From Amoeboradix gromovi X-113 (Eukaryota; Fungi; Sanchytriomycota), in contig JADGIF010000118.1 of NCBI GenBank assembly GCA_018985225.1, forward strand, positions 1 through 18,891: 18,891 nucleotides of DNA, written 5' to 3'. How positions within the stretch are numbered: the first letter of the stretch is position 1; each line of letters begins with the position of its first letter. The notes beneath the pieces were generated by a model. That model was given only the letters and a program-made list of their open reading frames with translations, was not told where the DNA came from and searched no databases. The position numbers and the translations under genes were made by a program. This document shows positions 8,729-17,830 of the stretch, one piece after another.

Positions 8729-10675
8729 ATGAAAATATCGTGTAATTTCATAACCAAAACATTTATAATAATAGTAGGAATTCTTGTATCATTAAGTGTT
8801 AAAGAGGATTCGAATGTAAAAGAATTGATGATCATACCAAAAGAGTCAAATTACGGTAACAGAAAGTTCAAATCGTGCATTGCTTTTGAAAAAGAAGATT
8901 TTAAAAGTCCCAAAGTACTAGAGTACTTGATTTCGGGATACGCGGACCATGCTTTTGTATTTAAAGAGAATTCAAAGCCTGTTAATATTTTTGAAGTTCC
9001 TGGTGACCTAAAAATATCCGTATTAAATGAATATCAACTAATAAGTGCACTCTTTGAAGAATCCTGCTCTCATTTTATTTTTTTAGAAAGTAATTTGCAT
9101 TTTATTAGGACGCCAAAGCTAATTTTAGGTACTATTCAGGACAAATTACATATTTTTGCTAATTTACAAGGGCCATTGAAATCGAAATCATTTGCAATTA
9201 GCTTATTAAAAAACAAAAGACTTTTGAGTTTTGAACCCGGTTTTATATTGAACATTTCGTCTTTAAGAGCCCATTTTTCTATTGATAAGACTTTTGACAT
9301 TTTACCAAGAAAAATAGTAGGCAGAAATGTTCTGAGGTTTTGCGGTCTCATGTATGTTTATTTTTACAAAGACGCACCTATAGCTTTCTCGTTATCTAGT
9401 ACTTATTCGTCCGAAAATATCAACCAAGTTATCGGATCGATTAACGCAATACAATCAATTAGCGAATTTCATACAGTCTCTGATTCAAACGGATGCTATT
9501 TCGATAAAAATTCTACAGTCGATGTAATCCCAGAGTATTTGAATAACATCCTACTGAAAAAAATTAAAATGACTTTTCCCCAAGCAAACTGTAACAACAT
9601 CCCTAGATTTCAAGTGGACAATAATCCTGCCTCAGGTGGATGGGACAGCAGATCTGAGGTTATTTGGCAAGGCAAAGAATACCTTTCGATGTATATAAAC
9701 ATACTAAAGCAGTCCACTCCCACCGTGGCTTCCGGAATGGATAAAAAGGGGATAGTAATGCTTTCATATGATAGTGCGTTTGAGGAGACTTTGTTCAACG
9801 TCAAGTTTATAAGATCCAGCCTAAAATCCGATATTTCCGTTGAAATATTTCATTTTAACGAGATTTCTTCGAGGAACAAAATTCTCCTGGAAATGGTGCC
9901 CAATGTGCAAGTTAGAGCATTGAAAGATAAAGGCTTTTTAGGTGTGCAACTTACCAGATCAAGTAGTGGACATAATTATCATCTGAAGCTGAGTGCATTA
10001 CAGCAGAGTGAATTTGACAAAATCTTATATTTAGACTCTGACTCAACCCCTATGGTAGACCCTTTGGATTTGTTTAATTCCAAAGCATTCATTGATTACG
10101 GACTGGTTATCTTCAGTGACATGTGGAAGACAAATCCAAACAACCCCGTTTATGAGATATTTGCATTTCAGTGCAAGGATGAACTAGAAATAGAAGCAGG
10201 CCAATGGATAATTGACAAGCATAGGCATTTTGAGACTTTAGCTCTGTCATATTTGATAATGATGGATCATCAATACTGGCTAAAAATATTTTTTGGTGAC
10301 AAGGATGTAGTTCGATGGGCAGCAAGATATTTAGATGCACCATACTACTTAGAACCTACTTTTATGAGATCATATGGATTTGAACAACATCCTTACAGAT
10401 GCGGACATGCTATGATGCACTATTTTGAAAATAAACCGGCATTCTTTCATGACAATTTATTAAAATATTCAATAAAAACAATAGAAACAAGGCATTATGC
10501 AGGGTATCAGGTTTACGAAAAGAAAGACTCGCAATTGCCGCATCCAAAATTTTACGGGTTTAATGGCTTGAAATGCGTGGGAATGGATGGCTCTATATGG
10601 ATAGAAGATCCAGAAGATGTCAGAGAGTTTATAGCAGATTATGTAAGACTTAGAAACATAACTGTAAGTAAATAA
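8729..10675 (+). CDS. Alpha-mannosyltransferase, GT71 (Mnn2/Mnn5-like), type II membrane protein
   Basis: N-terminal TM anchor; KxxALxxSxFDKILYLDSD (DxD), GLVIFSDMW, ExEAGQxxIDK and GDKD motifs. Confidence 0.88.
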   Translation: MKISCNFITKTFIIIVGILVSLSVKEDSNVKELMIIPKESNYGNRKFKSCIAFEKEDFKSPKVLEYLISGYADHAFVFKENSKPVNIFEVPGDLKISVLNEYQLISALFEESCSHFIFLESNLHFIRTPKLILGTIQDKLHIFANLQGPLKSKSFAISLLKNKRLLSFEPGFILNISSLRAHFSIDKTFDILPRKIVGRNVLRFCGLMYVYFYKDAPIAFSLSSTYSSENINQVIGSINAIQSISEFHTVSDSNGCYFDKNSTVDVIPEYLNNILLKKIKMTFPQANCNNIPRFQVDNNPASGGWDSRSEVIWQGKEYLSMYINILKQSTPTVASGMDKKGIVMLSYDSAFEETLFNVKFIRSSLKSDISVEIFHFNEISSRNKILLEMVPNVQVRALKDKGFLGVQLTRSSSGHNYHLKLSALQQSEFDKILYLDSDSTPMVDPLDLFNSKAFIDYGLVIFSDMWKTNPNNPVYEIFAFQCKDELEIEAGQWIIDKHRHFETLALSYLIMMDHQYWLKIFFGDKDVVRWAARYLDAPYYLEPTFMRSYGFEQHPYRCGHAMMHYFENKPAFFHDNLLKYSIKTIETRHYAGYQVYEKKDSQLPHPKFYGFNGLKCVGMDGSIWIEDPEDVREFIADYVRLRNITVSK

Positions 10676-10738
10676 TAAATGTTAAGCTTTTTGAAAATCA
10701 TATTTTACTTTTTCATTCTAAATCAACAAGGAGGCAGG

Positions 10739-11437
10739 ATGATTTTTCAGAAATCTTTATTTCACCTGTTGAGAGGGCATCGTAGCCGCAGCAGATTACT
10801 GCGTAAAATGGATAAGCCTGAAGCAACGCTAGAAGACGCATATAGAATGGTACAATCGTTCGAGGTAGAAAATCAAACATTGAGCTTATCGCTGACATAC
10901 AACACAAAAATGTTCAAAAGAATCAGGTTAAGTGGATCTATCCCTTTGACTTACTTCAAATCAAGGAAGGCCAAAGTAGCGGTTTTTGGCCCACTGAATG
11001 TCATATCAAACACAGATGCGGACATTAAAATATCAAAGCTAGATGACATTGAAAGTCACAGTTTTACACATCTGATAGCATACAAAGATAGTTTTAAAGA
11101 GCTGATTCCTTTGGGTAAGTATCTGGGGCAAAAGAATGTTATGCCTAGCGTAAAGAAAGGAACAGTTACGTTGGACTTACAATCCGCAATAGACATATCT
11201 AGACAGTCCTCAATATTTGTAGACAATGGTGGGATCTGCGATGCCGTAATAGGGAATACGTCGTACTCATTTTCTCACTTGTGCTGCAACTTAAAAGATG
11301 TTTTTAATTATATAAATAATTCATCTGGTACAAATCTAGACAAGAATTTTGTAAAGCAAGTCTACTTGCGCTCGACTACTAGTCCGGCTATCCCATTAAA
11401 AAGAATGGAGTTGAAAAAAATGATAGCAACGAAATAA
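10739..11437 (+). CDS. MRPL1: Mitochondrial ribosomal protein L1 (uL1m)
   Basis: LGKYLGQKNVMPSVKKGTVT matches the uL1 LGPxGLMPxxKxGTV motif; C-terminal YLRSTTSP. An Arg-rich presequence starts at ATG 10739. The track ATG at 10679 overlaps the upstream gene's poly(A) signal. Confidence 0.85.
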   Translation: MIFQKSLFHLLRGHRSRSRLLRKMDKPEATLEDAYRMVQSFEVENQTLSLSLTYNTKMFKRIRLSGSIPLTYFKSRKAKVAVFGPLNVISNTDADIKISKLDDIESHSFTHLIAYKDSFKELIPLGKYLGQKNVMPSVKKGTVTLDLQSAIDISRQSSIFVDNGGICDAVIGNTSYSFSHLCCNLKDVFNYINNSSGTNLDKNFVKQVYLRSTTSPAIPLKRMELKKMIATK

Positions 11438-11471
11438 ATTCAATTTGAAAAATAAAGAAACGCTTAATTTA

Positions 11472-11627
11472 CTAATTAGCTACCAACGCGGCTGCTAATC
11501 CTGAAACAGTCATAACTTGAGCCCACTGTACTGAACCAGCAGAACTTGTCGAGTTTGAACTTCCAGAGTCAGTTGAGTTGGTTGAATCTGAGTATGCAAC
11601 AGCGAAAAGTAAACAAGCAACTTTCAT
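11472..11627 (-). CDS. Tiny (51 aa) secreted, putatively GPI-anchored Ser/Thr/Asn-rich peptide, absent from the ORF track
   Basis: MKVACLLFAVAYSDSTNSTDSGSSNSTSSAGSVQWAQVMTVSGLAAALVAN*. Signal-like start, two NST sequons, hydrophobic tail, and an SVQWA motif shared with the neighbouring gene. Confidence 0.8.
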   Translation of the reverse strand: MKVACLLFAVAYSDSTNSTDSGSSNSTSSAGSVQWAQVMTVSGLAAALVAN

Positions 11628-11891
11628 TCAGATATACGAGGTAATGCCGCTATTTATGCATTCTGTATATATGCAAACGGATCTCATTGGTTTCTATATA
11701 TTTTTTGCAAGCATAAAAATTAATTCCAGCCTCACCGTGATAGCAAATTACTCAATTTTGCAAATAACTGTGTGTAATTGTCACACACAGTTAGTTGCAA
11801 AATCAAGGTTAGAAGTGTGTCGTCTTAGATTTAGCTCTATTAGTAAATGAAAGTGTTATTGTTATTGCTTTATTTATTTCATCTTAAGTGC

Positions 11892-12218
11892 TCAGTTTAG
11901 AAACATTACGGTTGCAAATAGACCTACTAATTCCGCCCATTGCACTGACTGTGATGCCCCCGTTGAAGTTGAATTATCTGTTGTACTGCTTGAATTGTTT
12001 CCATTAGTCATAGTAGTATTGGTAGATGTTTCCATGGTTCCATTGGTACTTGCATTGCCAGTAAAATTAGAAATCGTGCTAGTAGAATCATTAATGTTAG
12101 AGATGATGGTTCCATTCAAAATCACATTACCATTATCATCAACAACTGCTCCAAATGGCACATTATCTGGTCTCCTATTTGCAAACAGCAATGGTAAGAG
12201 GATTGTGACTGGTTTCAT
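11892..12218 (-). CDS. Secreted, putatively GPI-anchored Ser/Thr/Asn-rich glycoprotein
   Basis: Signal-like MKPVTILLPLLFA, 9 N-x-S/T sequons, and C-terminal SQSVQWAELVGLFATVMFLN hydrophobic tail. Confidence 0.8.
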   Translation of the reverse strand: MKPVTILLPLLFANRRPDNVPFGAVVDDNGNVILNGTIISNINDSTSTISNFTGNASTNGTMETSTNTTMTNGNNSSSTTDNSTSTGASQSVQWAELVGLFATVMFLN

Positions 12219-12847
12219 GAATTTCTCCTTTGAATCTCATTAAAAGTCCTAGTTTACAAGAAATAATGAAATTTTCCCGAAAATAACGATCCTAGTCACC
12301 TCGTTACATCAGTTAGTCACAATTCCACCACCTTGAGAAATTGAACGGGGATGCTTATAATTCAAATATATAGTCCTAGCTTTCAAATGTCTATATCCAC
12401 TTATAAATTACAGTTTGCATGTATGTTAATGTCCAAACTGCTTTATTTGATAGTCTACAATTGTGCACCGTTGACGTATATACTTCATTAAAATTATCCA
12501 CCAATATCTTCCTTTCTTTGGGCCAAGAGTTTCAATTTTAGACCAAATTCTGAATGTGAAAGAGTCTGCTCTATATTGCTTAATGATGTCTTAATAGTCG
12601 GCTTATTCTGGCTAAAACTTGGAACTGTTTGCCATATACATGAGAAAAACTGGGTGTCTGGTCTAATTCAGTTTCAAAACTACATCTAGAAAGGCTGTTG
12701 CAGCAAATAATTCATGAAATTAGGATAAATGGAAAACATAATAAAAATCTTGAACGTCAATCAAAGGTTTTACAGATTCGTATAACGTAAATGAAGTTCT
12801 TAAAGAAATAAAATTTTTATGTATTAATTGGAAGTTAGTGTATGCAT

Positions 12848-14689
12848 TTATTTGTAACCAGTCTTATTATAAGAGTTTACAACAAACATCTTTTGCGGCT
12901 GTTTGAATTCTTTTTTGCTTGCTAGGACTAGTTCGTCCTGCAATGCTACAACTACTTTGTTGTTATTTAACTGCTCTCCAATAACCGTGCTATCGTATCC
13001 TTGCATCGTGTATTTATTTTTTCCTAATTTAGCCGCTTTCAAGTCCCAAGCAAATATGTAGTTACCAGTGCTAGTCATTATGTAGTTGCCATAAAATTTA
13101 GCCGCAGTGAAATTCACATATTTTAGCCCCAGTAATCCTACGTGATCAGGTCTTAAACTTAGTCTGATTGGTTTAGATCTCTCTTTGATGGGAATTGTCT
13201 TGTTAAAATCGTTAACTTGGACTAGAAGAAGATGTGAACTACAAGTGCATATGACATAATGACCATCCTCGTGTATGTCTATGGCCAATAGTGGCTCACC
13301 CAATTTGAAGTTTGTTCTGGCCTTTGAATCTAATTTGTCATATAACTTCAACTCACCTTGAGCATTTCCAACTGCTATTTGGTTGCTATTGTTAGTGCTG
13401 ATACAAGTAAAGTCAATTTTAGATTTATAACTAATAGAGTTTGCTATTAAATTTCTAGTACGAGGATCCATCAGCATGACTTTATCTTTTGTTATACCAT
13501 AGAACTGTTGTTCCGACGTAGTTTGGGCTGCTTTATTATAAGTTGAGAGTGATTTCAACTCCTTTGGTGCCTCCCAAGATTGTACGACTTTATTACGTTC
13601 TATATCCATCAAACTAACATTGTCAGCATTTGAAGTAATGATTTTAGATTCGCTGTCATGCAATTGCAAATGATCAGGTTGGCGATCCATGTTTAGTGTG
13701 GTTTGGTGCTTTATTTTATTAAAACTGCTGTAAACATCAATAGAATTGCCACGAATAACAAAAGCTCGATATGAACTCATAGCAGTTGCCAGCTTGCTCA
13801 GACGACCCTTTTTTGATGAGTCATTGGGCTTCTTGTCATTAGATTCTATTAATTTCTCTTCATCGCTTTCATCACTGTCCTCACTTTCAAGTAATGGCGC
13901 CTCCTCCATCTCAACATCTTCTTGAACAGCTGCAGACTGTGCATAAGCCAGTTCGTCAAAATTAAGTTTTAGCTTCTGCTGATTTATTAATATTCGCTGC
14001 AGCTGGCTGCGAAAAAGCGCATAATCCTTGGTGTCAAAAACCGCAGCTAAACTTACAAGCACCTGGTCATATTGATTCCACAGAAAGCACCATTTCTCTT
14101 GGCTAAAGTAAGGATTCATAGAATGGCTGACCAAACAAATACAGCTAAATTCGCCGCTACATTTCAAATAAAATTTATCAAGATTTTGGATTATTTCAAA
14201 CTTTATCTGTTTGTCAGAAACAGGATCAAATAAGGAGTCTTTGACATTAAAAGAAAACAAAACTACCTTTGCAGAATAAATGCTAATTCCTTGTACATCT
14301 GCCGGAATGACTGAATCCTGAGAAATTTCTAGTAGGGGCTTGGCACAAGGAATGGCAGCCATAATTGTTTGCAGTATTTTAGCACTGTTCTTGGTCATGA
14401 ATATCATTTCTAGATTATCGTCCAACCACTTGAACCCACCGGAAGTTGGCTCTAAATTAATTTCAGGACTTAATAGTACTATATATTCATCATATTCCTC
14501 ATCTGCTTCATTGTTTTCATAAATCTTTGTGATAACCATTTGCTGGTATTGTTCGGAATGCTTTTGCACCTCCAATTCGCATTCCTTGTACTTGGTTTGC
14601 AGTTGGTCTGCTTTCAAATACAGTGTACCAATTACCTTATTAGGCGAAGAAACCACTAATGAGCTGAACGTATCGTAAATGTAATTCAT
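12848..14689 (-). CDS. VID27: Vacuolar import and degradation protein 27 (WD40-like C-terminal domain)
   Basis: Acidic linker, then FTCISTxxxxQIAVGxxxGELKLYD..ARTxxxLGEPLLAIDIxxDGxYVICTC and PIRLSLRPDH, typical of VID27/CYPRO4. Confidence 0.88.
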   Translation of the reverse strand: MNYIYDTFSSLVVSSPNKVIGTLYLKADQLQTKYKECELEVQKHSEQYQQMVITKIYENNEADEEYDEYIVLLSPEINLEPTSGGFKWLDDNLEMIFMTKNSAKILQTIMAAIPCAKPLLEISQDSVIPADVQGISIYSAKVVLFSFNVKDSLFDPVSDKQIKFEIIQNLDKFYLKCSGEFSCICLVSHSMNPYFSQEKWCFLWNQYDQVLVSLAAVFDTKDYALFRSQLQRILINQQKLKLNFDELAYAQSAAVQEDVEMEEAPLLESEDSDESDEEKLIESNDKKPNDSSKKGRLSKLATAMSSYRAFVIRGNSIDVYSSFNKIKHQTTLNMDRQPDHLQLHDSESKIITSNADNVSLMDIERNKVVQSWEAPKELKSLSTYNKAAQTTSEQQFYGITKDKVMLMDPRTRNLIANSISYKSKIDFTCISTNNSNQIAVGNAQGELKLYDKLDSKARTNFKLGEPLLAIDIHEDGHYVICTCSSHLLLVQVNDFNKTIPIKERSKPIRLSLRPDHVGLLGLKYVNFTAAKFYGNYIMTSTGNYIFAWDLKAAKLGKNKYTMQGYDSTVIGEQLNNNKVVVALQDELVLASKKEFKQPQKMFVVNSYNKTGYK

Positions 14690-14862
14690 AATTTCCTTGT
14701 TTGAGGGTTCTTGAAAATTTTATTCACTCGCCAAAAAAGGTGAAATCAAAATCATTTAATCTAACCTGCTGCAAGAGATTTGTGTTTGCTCCCAAACTCT
14801 TTGCAAACAATAGTCAAGATCGGTTGCAAAAAACAAGCAATCAATTGTGAAACATAGTTTTA

Positions 14863-16953
14863 TTATAAAGGAAGAACCTGATTATGATGCTGCAGTCTGT
14901 AGTACCTCAACTGCTTTTGTATGTCTTTCAAATTTTTGCATACCAGCAAGTCTTTTTCTGATTCGAGTTCTACACTTATTCTGAGTGTACTAGGTTGCAA
15001 ATGACATATCAGTGGCATCACATTAATAAACTTATTACTCTGCAAAAATTCGTTGTAGACCGTTTCAGCTATCTTTTCAATTACAGGGCTATAACTTGAG
15101 TGAATTATAGACCAACTTAATATATACTTGATGCCATCTGCCATTTCTTCATACACGCAAAATGGAAGAAGAAATTCAAAAAATACTGGGTTTAAGTGAT
15201 ATACTACATTTTCATTAATGGCTTCAAGCAGTTCCTTGAGTGTATCAATTTCTAGTTTATACGAATTCTCAAGGTTTATCAGAGCACTAAATACATCTTG
15301 AACTACGGGTGGTTGGCCGTTGCTGTTAAATCTGTTGATATTAGTTAAAATTGTGGCCATACAAGTAACTGCGCTATCCATATGATCCAATGACATTTCG
15401 TTTGCTATAAATACACCATGTATACCTGATTTATACTTTGTGAATAAACTATGCATAACTTGCATAGAATTCTCTGTATTAATCATGCTAGCAGTTTCTA
15501 TTGACTTGAGAACTAAATACGGATCATTATGAATAGCACTGAGATACTTCAATATCGTATCATGTACTAGCTCGTTTCCCATTATTAAAACACCCTGAAG
15601 TATGTCTAGCATGTGCAAGTGCTGTATATTGATGTATAGCATTGATTTCAATTTTAAAGGAGATTTAAGGAACAGTTTATTTAGTATTTTACCAACAAGA
15701 ACTAAATTAGACTGATTAAGTCTCCTTGTTAGTATTAGAATTGATTTATACAACTTCAAAACTATTAGTTCAACATTGGTACGTGTGTACAAGATACATT
15801 TCAACACACTCTGAGTCAACTGGGGCTCTGTTAAGTATTCTGAAATATACTGCATCGCTATTTCTAGTAATTCCACTGGATGGTTGTTTACTAAAGTAAA
15901 AGAATGCCAGATATGAGAAGCAAGGAAGAGAGATTCAAAGTTATTGACATTTGTCAAAATATGCTTCGCTTGAGGATGAAGCTCATATACCATTTCAATT
16001 TGAGATAAATGGTACATTATGCACCAGTGGTAGTATATAAACTGCTCATCCGAGCAAGTAATTGAGAGCGGATAATTTGACAAAACAATAGACAAATTAA
16101 TCAGAGCACCATGAATACCATCGCTCAGTAAGTCTTCCGAATTAGGATCATCTTGGTCATTTTCAATTAAGATGTCAAATGATTTGTGGACAACGGAACG
16201 GATAAAATCTAAATCTAAATTAAAATTTTGACAGTGGTTAATAATGCTTAAAACATCTTGCAAATCATCAAAATCAAAGTTTAAACTTACAACTACTGGA
16301 ACGTGGTTAATGTTTATCGCAGATTTTAGAAACCGTAGTGCATAAATCGAATCTCTGTGGTTTAAATTCGACAGAAATATCTGGTTCAGACATTCTTCTT
16401 TCAAAGACTGAGACTGGTATTTGATAATGTCTACAACATGAATAGGATATTGAGACATAAAAGGAATGACAGAACTGTAATTTAACTCAAATCTGTAGAA
16501 ATGGCAGGCTGCGATAGCTGAGAGAGATGACTCTGTGTTTATATTAAGATTATTAATTAATATCTGGTTTAAAACGAAAAGATCATTAACTGCAAACATG
16601 TCATGGTATTCCTCGATTAGATACAATATACAATCAATATTAACTGAATGCCACACTATTGGTTGATTGCGCATGTACAAATAAAGCAGACACTCAGCAT
16701 GCAACCGATGTAATTTGCTAATCACATAGAACGGTCTATTTTGGAATTGGATAGACAAGTAATCCGAGACTCTATCAGGCAGCTGCTGGTGAACAATCGA
16801 AGCCAAGCGATTCAAAACAATATAGATGACCTTGTCAGTTGAATTGAAAAACTGGTGATATCCCAAATCTATATAAGTGTACATATCGGTAATATTCTGT
16901 TGATTTTGATGAATATCCAATGCGTAAGATTCTAATTTGGAGATTGGATCCAT
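14863..16953 (-). CDS. Hypothetical helical (possibly ARM/HEAT-like) protein, 696 aa
   Basis: Long uninterrupted Leu/Ile-rich ORF; stop adjoins AATAAA. ATG 16953 (MDPISKLE) is preferred because the track start at 17019 overlaps the divergent gene. Confidence 0.75.
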   Translation of the reverse strand: MDPISKLESYALDIHQNQQNITDMYTYIDLGYHQFFNSTDKVIYIVLNRLASIVHQQLPDRVSDYLSIQFQNRPFYVISKLHRLHAECLLYLYMRNQPIVWHSVNIDCILYLIEEYHDMFAVNDLFVLNQILINNLNINTESSLSAIAACHFYRFELNYSSVIPFMSQYPIHVVDIIKYQSQSLKEECLNQIFLSNLNHRDSIYALRFLKSAININHVPVVVSLNFDFDDLQDVLSIINHCQNFNLDLDFIRSVVHKSFDILIENDQDDPNSEDLLSDGIHGALINLSIVLSNYPLSITCSDEQFIYYHWCIMYHLSQIEMVYELHPQAKHILTNVNNFESLFLASHIWHSFTLVNNHPVELLEIAMQYISEYLTEPQLTQSVLKCILYTRTNVELIVLKLYKSILILTRRLNQSNLVLVGKILNKLFLKSPLKLKSMLYINIQHLHMLDILQGVLIMGNELVHDTILKYLSAIHNDPYLVLKSIETASMINTENSMQVMHSLFTKYKSGIHGVFIANEMSLDHMDSAVTCMATILTNINRFNSNGQPPVVQDVFSALINLENSYKLEIDTLKELLEAINENVVYHLNPVFFEFLLPFCVYEEMADGIKYILSWSIIHSSYSPVIEKIAETVYNEFLQSNKFINVMPLICHLQPSTLRISVELESEKDLLVCKNLKDIQKQLRYYRLQHHNQVLPL

Positions 16954-17006
16954 GAGACAGCGACTCCTCTGGAGTAAAAATAAATCAAATCTTAACTGGG
17001 GAAAAC

Positions 17007-17372
17007 ATGGGTAGACCACCTAGAGAAACTTTAGGATATACACTTTCTATTGAAGAGCCAGATCAATTAAGACACGTTGTTAAGACAGTCTTTAAAAATA
17101 CAGGAAATGCTAAACAGAGAGCATATTCAAAGTTCTGTAAGACTTTATACGCTATTGAGAACACTATTGAGCTTTATGATAAATTTGAGCATAATGTCAA
17201 GACATTAGATAAATTGATTGAAGATGTCAAGAATCATATTAAATTACGAGAACTGCAAAAAACAGAACTGGTCAAGCACGCTAAATGCCTGCTAGCTGAA
17301 TTAAAAAACAGTGATGAGAAGCCGTCATCGATTAATATGGATGAGGCTATAATAGTTGAAATGTTTGACTGA
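17007..17372 (+). CDS. Hypothetical 121-aa protein with coiled coil and N-terminal GRPP
   Basis: ATG-initiated ORF with plausible composition and AATAAA 3 nt after the TGA; no family recognised. Confidence 0.65.
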   Translation: MGRPPRETLGYTLSIEEPDQLRHVVKTVFKNTGNAKQRAYSKFCKTLYAIENTIELYDKFEHNVKTLDKLIEDVKNHIKLRELQKTELVKHAKCLLAELKNSDEKPSSINMDEAIIVEMFD

Positions 17373-17396
17373 TCTAATAAATTTTATTAATGTAAC

Positions 17397-17516
17397 TTAA
17401 CTCCTCTTTAAAAGTCCTGATTTCCGAGAAAATCGAGAATTTCCACAGAGAAACTAATGCTAGTTTCTCCGTTACAGTGATCGCTCACGCTTTCACTACC
17501 CTGAGGCGGGATTGAA
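17397..17516 (-). ncRNA. Putative Fanzor omegaRNA scaffold (copy B), overlapping the ORF 3' end
   Basis: On the - strand: stem GUAGUGA/UCACUGU topped by GC-GUGA-GC; a 12-bp hairpin at 17445-17472; a hairpin at 17419-17434. The G-U pairs work only on the Fanzor sense strand. Position matches known TnpB/Fanzor omegaRNAs. Ends are approximate. Confidence 0.65.
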
Positions 17517-17830
17517 TTAGTTTGTATATACTTGATGTGTATGTTCCTTGCTGCCATATGATCTCTATCTATCTTCAAATGAGAATTGGTACAAGTGTAG
17601 GTTTCTAAGTTGGTTTTCTTTAGAGTACCACACCTTGCACATGTCTGACTAGTAAATGATTCATTGCATTCGACCATCGTCTTTCCTCTTTGCTTACACT
17701 TGAACTCCAAGCGTTCCTTGAATGCGTAATGGGACATTGTAGCCATGTTTCTTGCGACCTTGCTCGAAAAGCTACTTATCATCTGGCTCGTATTGAACGA
17801 GGGTAAGTATATAAGATCATATGTCTTTGT
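17408..17830 (-). pseudogene. 5'-truncated Fanzor2/TnpB-like RuvC + Zn-ribbon nuclease (copy B)
   Basis: The frame extends upstream of the track ATG: TKTYDLIYLPSFNTSQM...SHYAFKERL...CNESFTSQTCARCG...CTNSHLKIDRDHMAARNI. Pro replaces the canonical RuvC-II Glu and an alternative Glu sits in ExxTS, the Fanzor signature. RuvC-I and the N-terminus are absent (in-frame stop at 17843-17845), and the fourth Zn Cys is Ser. Confidence 0.9.

Noticed and set aside
583-14522. Short antisense or overlapping track ORFs (583, 1720, 3477, 4183, 4231, 6549, 7296, 8224, 9136, 9610, 10113, 10713, 11578, 11995, 14340)
   Set aside because: Shadows of real genes or unsupported ORFs, many with non-ATG starts and no motifs.
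1276-17372. Alternative genetic code with TAA/TAG = Gln, as in some aphelids and ciliates
   Set aside because: Long conserved genes have no internal TAA/TAG, and most end at TAA at the expected position.
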